Assembly (NCBI GenBank): GCA_052390255.1
Contig: JBQTHC010000103.1
Coordinates: 1-11,396 of the forward strand
DNA length: 11,396 nucleotides
Direction of reading: 5' to 3'
Source of the DNA: Microthrixaceae bacterium
GTDB taxonomy: Bacteria > Actinomycetota > Acidimicrobiia > Acidimicrobiales > VFJN01
The first letter of the stretch is position 1. Each line of letters opens with the position of its first letter. The notes beneath the pieces were generated by a model. That model ran no database searches, was not told the DNA's origin, and was given only the letters and a program-made list of their open reading frames with translations. Below, one piece after another: positions 7,504-11,396 of the stretch. A program made the translations under genes and the position numbers.

Positions 7504-9113
7504 CGTGCACCCCCTGCGGGAGCGGTGGCGCTCGGTCTCGGTGCGGCGAGGCCACGCGCGACACCGAACCACCTGGCTTCGGTGAAGACCTTGTTCCTGG
7601 ACAGGAGTCCGACCATCGGACGGGTGAAGAACCATGCGACGACGACGTCGAGGATGGTGGAGAGGCCCAGGAAGAAGGCAAACCCGCGGACCGGACCGAC
7701 CGTGAGCCAGAAGAGCAGGGCCGCGCCGATGAAGCTCGAGATGTCCGCGGCGAGGATCGTTCGAAACGCCCGTGCGAACGATCGCTCGGTGGAGGTCCGC
7801 AGGGTCCGCCCTGCCCGCAGGTCGTCCTTGAGGCGCTCGAAGTACACGACATAGCTGTCCACCGTTACGCCGACCGACACCACGATGCCGGTCACACCAG
7901 CAAGGCTGAGCGCGACGCCGAGCTTCGAGATGATCGCGTAGTTGAGCGTGCTCCAGACGCCGAGACCGAGGACCACGACGAACCCGAGCGCGCGGTAGTA
8001 CAGGATCATGTAGAGGCACACGAGGACGAGGCCGAGGAGACCGGCGGCGAGACCGGCCCGCAGCGAGTCCTTGCCGAGCGTGGGCGACACGGTCTGCACC
8101 GTCTGTGCCTCGAGGTTCACGGGCAGCGAGCCGTAGCGCAGGACGAGCGCGAGGTCCTTCGCCTCGGACTGGCTGAAGCTGCCGGTGATCTGGATCTCGT
8201 CGCGCTTGAAGGACGGCTGCTGGATCGTGGGCGCGGACTGCACCCGCGAGTCGAGCACGATCGCGAGCTGGCCCTCGGGGCAGATCGGGTCCTTCGCGAA
8301 GCACTTCCCGGCGATGGCGTTGAAGGCCTCGATGCCGCTACCACCCTTGATCTCGAGGCGAACGGACCACTCGCCGTTCTGCGAGAGCTCGGCGGCGGCG
8401 GTCGAGACGATCTTGCCGGTCGCCTCGCTCGGTCCGAGCCGGTAGGTGGCAGTGATGGCGCCGGTCGTGTCGTACTCCGCGAGCACCACTGGCTGATCGG
8501 CCACGTCCTTGTCGCGCGGCGTGAGCTCGAAGCCGGTGATGGGTGCGGTGGTGGTGGTCGTGCCTCCGGGCGCCGCGGTGGTCGTGGTGGTTGGCGCGGT
8601 GGTGGTGCTCGAGGCGTCCTGGAAGGGCGTGGCGCCCGCGCTGGCCGATTGCCCGGTGACGTCGGTCGCGGCAGTGGTGCTGGTGGTCGCGCCCGCGGCG
8701 GTGGTCGTGGTCGACGCGCCCGCGGCGGTGGTCGTGGTCGACGAGAGCAGGTCCTCGATGGACCCGGGGATCGACCCCAGGACCGGCCGGAAGCGCAGCT
8801 CGGCGGTGTCGCCCACGAGCTCGAGCGCTCGCTGCTGGTTCTTGACGCCCGGGAGCTGCACCACGATCGAGCGTCCCTGACGGGCGATCTCGGGCTCGGC
8901 CACGCCGAGGGCGTCGACGCGGCTGCGGATGATCTCGATCGTCTGGGAGAGCGCCTCGTCGCTGGCCTTCTTCGTGGGCTGGAGCACCACCGACACGCCG
9001 CCCTGGAGGTCGAGTCCGAGCTGGGGCGACGTGTCGGACGCGAGCACGCCGATCAGGGAGGCAGCCGCCACGATCACGATGAACACGAGGGGGGTGAGCT
9101 TCTTGCGGCGCAT
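7500..9113 (-). CDS. secD: Protein-export membrane protein SecD, with a Thr/Ala-rich low-complexity insert
   Basis: 537 aa. Family matches include MRRKKLTPLVFIVIVAAASLIG...GLDLQGGVSVVLQP...VQLPGV. The C-terminal TM bundle reads LGVWSTLNYAIISKLGV...TGIVVSVGVTVDSYVVYFERL...ILAADISSFIGAALLFWL...VRGFAFFLGLSTILDVVVAWFFTRP. ATG at 9113-9111, stop TGA at 7502-7500. Confidence 0.92.
   Translation of the reverse strand: MRRKKLTPLVFIVIVAAASLIGVLASDTSPQLGLDLQGGVSVVLQPTKKASDEALSQTIEIIRSRVDALGVAEPEIARQGRSIVVQLPGVKNQQRALELVGDTAELRFRPVLGSIPGSIEDLLSSTTTTAAGASTTTTAAGATTSTTAATDVTGQSASAGATPFQDASSTTTAPTTTTTAAPGGTTTTTAPITGFELTPRDKDVADQPVVLAEYDTTGAITATYRLGPSEATGKIVSTAAAELSQNGEWSVRLEIKGGSGIEAFNAIAGKCFAKDPICPEGQLAIVLDSRVQSAPTIQQPSFKRDEIQITGSFSQSEAKDLALVLRYGSLPVNLEAQTVQTVSPTLGKDSLRAGLAAGLLGLVLVCLYMILYYRALGFVVVLGLGVWSTLNYAIISKLGVALSLAGVTGIVVSVGVTVDSYVVYFERLKDDLRAGRTLRTSTERSFARAFRTILAADISSFIGAALLFWLTVGPVRGFAFFLGLSTILDVVVAWFFTRPMVGLLSRNKVFTEARWFGVARGLAAPRPSATAPAGGAR
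8689..8742. repeat. Perfect 27-bp tandem duplication (x2) inside secD, within a ~200-bp degenerate GGTGGTCGTGGT-type repeat tract at ~8545-8745
   Basis: gcgcccgcggcggtggtcgtggtcgac at 8689-8715 is identical to 8716-8742. On the coding (minus) strand each copy encodes STTTTAAGA. The surrounding SecD sequence is SSTTTTAAGASTTTTAAGATTSTTAATDVTGQSASAGATPFQDASSTTTAPTTTTTAAPGGTTTTTAP. Plus-strand ORF 8509..8880 (poly-Val/Ala) is the antisense reading of this tract. Confidence 0.88.
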
Positions 9114-9168
9114 GTGCGTGGATCAGTCCGATGCTGGCTCGGGGTCCGGGTGAGGACGCCGAGGGAGG

Positions 9169-10284
9169 TTACTCATACGCCGCGCGAACACGCGCACGCG
9201 CGGCGTCGAGCGTGCCGGAGCAGATCGCCTCGCGGACCTCGTCGACGAGACGCAGCGTCCACCACACGTTGTGCAGCGTCAGCAGGCGGGGCGCGGTGGG
9301 CTCGTCGACCATCAGGAGGTGGCGCAGGTACGCCCGCGACCATCGGGCACATACCGGACACGTGCACCCTTCGTCGAGCGGTGCGCCGTCGTCGGCGTTC
9401 TCGGCTCGCTTGAGGTTGTAGCGACCTGCTGCGCTCAGGATCGTGCCGTGCCGGGCGAACCGCGTGGGCAGGACGCAGTCGAAGAGGTCGATGCCGAGGG
9501 CGATCGCCTCCACCATGCCGACCGGGTCGCCGAGCCCCATCAGGTAGCGCGGCGCATCCTCCGGGAGGTGCGCGAGGGTGGCCTGCAGCGTGTCGAGCAT
9601 CTCCTCGCGCGCCTCGCCCACGGAAAGGCCTCCGACCGCGTAGCCGTCGAAGCCGATCGCCACGGTCTGCTCGGCGCTCTCGACGCGGAGCGCGACGTCG
9701 GTGCCTCCCTGCACGATCCCGAACTGGTTGAGGTCGCCACGCTCGCGCCGCAGGAACTCCTTGCGTGCCGTCGACGCCCAGCTCGCCGTGCGGTCCACTG
9801 CGAGCTGGAGCGTGGCACGCGGAGCGGGGAGCGGTGCACAGACGTCGAGCACCATCTGGATGTCGCTCCCGAGCCGGGTCTGGATGTCGACCGCGTCGGC
9901 CGGGGTGAGCCGGTGCGTGCCGCCGTCGTAGGTCGACCGGAAGGTGACGCCCTCGTCGTCGAGGTGCACGTTGCCTCCTGGCTCCAGGGAGAAGACCTGG
10001 TAGCCGCCCGAGTCGGTGAGGAGGTGGCCGCGCCAGTCCTCGAACTGGTGGAGCCCGCCAAGCCGTTCGATGCGCTCGACACCGGGCTTGAGCATCAGGT
10101 GGTACGTGTTGCCGAGGATGATCGGGGCGCCGAGATCCTCGAGGTCTGCCGACGAGAGCGTGCGCACCGCACCGCGGGTCCCGACGGGCATGAAGCAGGG
10201 CGTGGGGAGCGCACCCCGGGGCGTTCGGATCACACCGACCCTCGCGTTCCCCTGGCGATGCGTCACCTCGAGCGACAGGGTCAT
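9169..10284 (-). CDS. tgt: Queuine tRNA-ribosyltransferase (tRNA-guanine transglycosylase)
   Basis: 371 aa. It aligns with E. coli Tgt along its whole length: TPCFMPVGTRGAV...IILGNTYHLMLKPG...LTDSGGYQVFSL...GFDGYAVGGLSVGE...PRYLMGLGDP...LFDCVLPTR. The zinc site CTCPVCARWSRAYLRHL matches CxCxxC...H. ATG at 10284-10282, stop TAA at 9171-9169. The start overlaps the queA stop as ATGA at 10281-10284. Confidence 0.93.
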   Translation of the reverse strand: MTLSLEVTHRQGNARVGVIRTPRGALPTPCFMPVGTRGAVRTLSSADLEDLGAPIILGNTYHLMLKPGVERIERLGGLHQFEDWRGHLLTDSGGYQVFSLEPGGNVHLDDEGVTFRSTYDGGTHRLTPADAVDIQTRLGSDIQMVLDVCAPLPAPRATLQLAVDRTASWASTARKEFLRRERGDLNQFGIVQGGTDVALRVESAEQTVAIGFDGYAVGGLSVGEAREEMLDTLQATLAHLPEDAPRYLMGLGDPVGMVEAIALGIDLFDCVLPTRFARHGTILSAAGRYNLKRAENADDGAPLDEGCTCPVCARWSRAYLRHLLMVDEPTAPRLLTLHNVWWTLRLVDEVREAICSGTLDAARARVRAAYE

Positions 10285-11303
10285 CCGCGCGCTCCGCGAA
10301 GGAACATCGCGTCGCCGAAGCTGAGGAAGCGGTACCCCTCGTGGAGCGCCTCGCCGTACAGCTCGCGCCAGCGAGGACCGATGAAGGCGCCGACGAGCGC
10401 CAGGAGCGACGAGCGAGGCTGGTGGAAGTTCGTCACGAGCGCATCGACCACGGCGAAGCGGGCGTCGCCGTGGAGGAAGAGCTCGGTGCGCCCCTCGAGC
10501 TCTCCGGTGACCTGCACGGACTCCAGGGCGCGGACCACCGTGGTGCCGATGGCGACGACGCGCTCAGCCTCCTGGCAGCGGGCCATCGTGGACGCGGGCA
10601 CCCGGTACCGCTCCCGATGCATCCGATGGTCTTCGATCTTCTCCGTGGCGATCGGCCGGAAGGTTCCGAGCCCCACGGCGAGCTCGAGCGGGGCAACCAC
10701 GGCGCCGGCAGCCTCCATCTGCGCGATGACGCTGGGCGTGAGGTGCAGGCCCGCGGTCGGCGCGGCCACTGAGCTCGGTTCGCGCGCGTAGGTGGTCTGG
10801 TAGCGCTCCGGATCCTGCAGCGGGGTCGTGATGTACGGCGGGAGCGGCACCTCACCGTGCCGCGCGAGCAGTGCCAGCGGATCGAGCGCCGGGTCGAGCT
10901 CGAGGTGCACCTCCCGCCGTCCCTCTCCGAGATCCGCGCCGACCACGACGGTGAGGTCTTCCCCGCACACGAAGATCGAGCCTGGCGCAACGCGCCGGCT
11001 GGGACGCACGAGTGCCGTCCAGTCGAGGTGGTCGAGCGCGCTCGGTTCGAGCAGCAGGATCTCGACGGCTCCCCCGGTGGGCTTGAGCAGGCGCAGGCGG
11101 GCCGGGAGGACCCGTGTGGTGTTGAGCACCACGACGTCACCCTCGCGCACCAGGGTGGGCAGATCGCTGATGCGGCCGTGACGCGGCGCGCGTCGCGGTC
11201 CCTCATCGATCAGGAGGCGCGCTGCGTCGCGAGGCTCCAGCGGCACCTGGGCGATGGCGCTGGCAGGCAGCTCGTAGTCCACGGCAGAGACGTCCACGGA
11301 CAC
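10281..11303 (-). CDS. queA: S-adenosylmethionine:tRNA ribosyltransferase-isomerase
   Basis: 340 aa. It matches E. coli QueA in every conserved block: DYELPASAIAQVPLEPRDAARLL, VVLNTTRVLPARL, GEVPLPPYI, YQTTYAREPSSVAAPTAGLH, IEDHRMHRERY, VVAIGTTVVRALES, VVDALVTNFHQPRSSLLALV and YRFLSFGDAMF. GTG start at 11303-11301, with an in-frame upstream stop at 11360-11358. Stop TGA at 10283-10281. Confidence 0.9.
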   Translation of the reverse strand: MSVDVSAVDYELPASAIAQVPLEPRDAARLLIDEGPRRAPRHGRISDLPTLVREGDVVVLNTTRVLPARLRLLKPTGGAVEILLLEPSALDHLDWTALVRPSRRVAPGSIFVCGEDLTVVVGADLGEGRREVHLELDPALDPLALLARHGEVPLPPYITTPLQDPERYQTTYAREPSSVAAPTAGLHLTPSVIAQMEAAGAVVAPLELAVGLGTFRPIATEKIEDHRMHRERYRVPASTMARCQEAERVVAIGTTVVRALESVQVTGELEGRTELFLHGDARFAVVDALVTNFHQPRSSLLALVGAFIGPRWRELYGEALHEGYRFLSFGDAMFLRGARG

Positions 11304-11357
11304 CAGTGTCCCGACCGCGTCCCGGCGAGGCGAATCGGCGAGCGCGCGCCGGTCGGC

Positions 11358-11396
11358 TCAGCTGAACAGATCCGGCGGCGCGTCGCGTCGTGGTGC
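11358..11396 (-). CDS. C-terminal end of an unidentified upstream minus-strand gene (partial, last ~12 codons only)
   Basis: On the minus strand, 11396..11358 reads ...APRRDAPPDLFS* in frame with a TGA stop at 11360-11358, 55 bp upstream of the queA start. It is too short to identify. It was inferred only because a stop-free frame runs off the window end. Confidence 0.25.
   Translation of the reverse strand, partial: APRRDAPPDLFS

Noticed and set aside
6385-8304. 639-aa minus-strand ORF from the track, apparently one giant protein
   Set aside because: Only the C-terminal 372 aa (from the ATG at 7503) are SecF. The upstream 267 codons overlap secD in a different frame and translate as Arg/Pro-rich nonsense. 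The true secF start is the ATG overlapping the secD stop.
9114-9168. The tgt-secD spacer as the site of a missing yajC, or a small hidden gene
   Set aside because: 55 bp is too short for a ~100-aa YajC, and no ORF is present. The plus-strand GAGGGAGG at 9161-9168 looks like an RBS but is on the wrong strand and is followed by no ORF.
1-11396. Searched for CRISPR arrays, tRNA/rRNA genes, transposase or integrase genes and terminal inverted repeats
   Set aside because: No regularly spaced direct repeats, no cloverleaf-compatible tRNA-like segments and no transposase or integrase motifs were seen. The only tandem repeat is the coding 27-bp duplication within secD.

Overview
This is a high-GC, actinobacterial-type chromosomal window that is mostly conserved housekeeping genes, with no CRISPR array, no tRNA or rRNA genes and no recognisable mobile element. 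The genes, in order:

- A 5'-truncated secreted FG-GAP/beta-propeller repeat protein on the minus strand, which the ORF track does not show because the gene runs off the window start.
- A divergently transcribed cytochrome P450 on the plus strand.
- A bifunctional Rel (p)ppGpp synthetase/hydrolase on the minus strand, converging on the P450 with 1 bp between their stop codons.
- A 678-aa membrane-anchored flotillin/SPFH-family protein on the plus strand. It carries an extra N-terminal module of about 270 aa that looks like a partial duplication of the SPFH domain.
- A minus-strand queA-tgt-secD-secF cluster with 4-nt ATGA overlaps at the queA/tgt and secD/secF junctions, and the first few codons of a further upstream minus-strand gene at the window end.

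The points worth a second look are local rather than a clear new multi-gene system:

1. The extended flotillin-like gene sits where apt usually lies between secF and rel.
2. secD contains a Thr/Ala-rich low-complexity linker with a perfect 27-bp tandem duplication.
3. queA-tgt is joined directly to secDF with no yajC.
4. AGTGTG(C/G)GC direct repeats sit in the divergent FG-GAP/P450 promoter region.
5. The many long plus-strand ORFs antisense to rel, secF, secD, tgt and queA are GC-driven artefacts.
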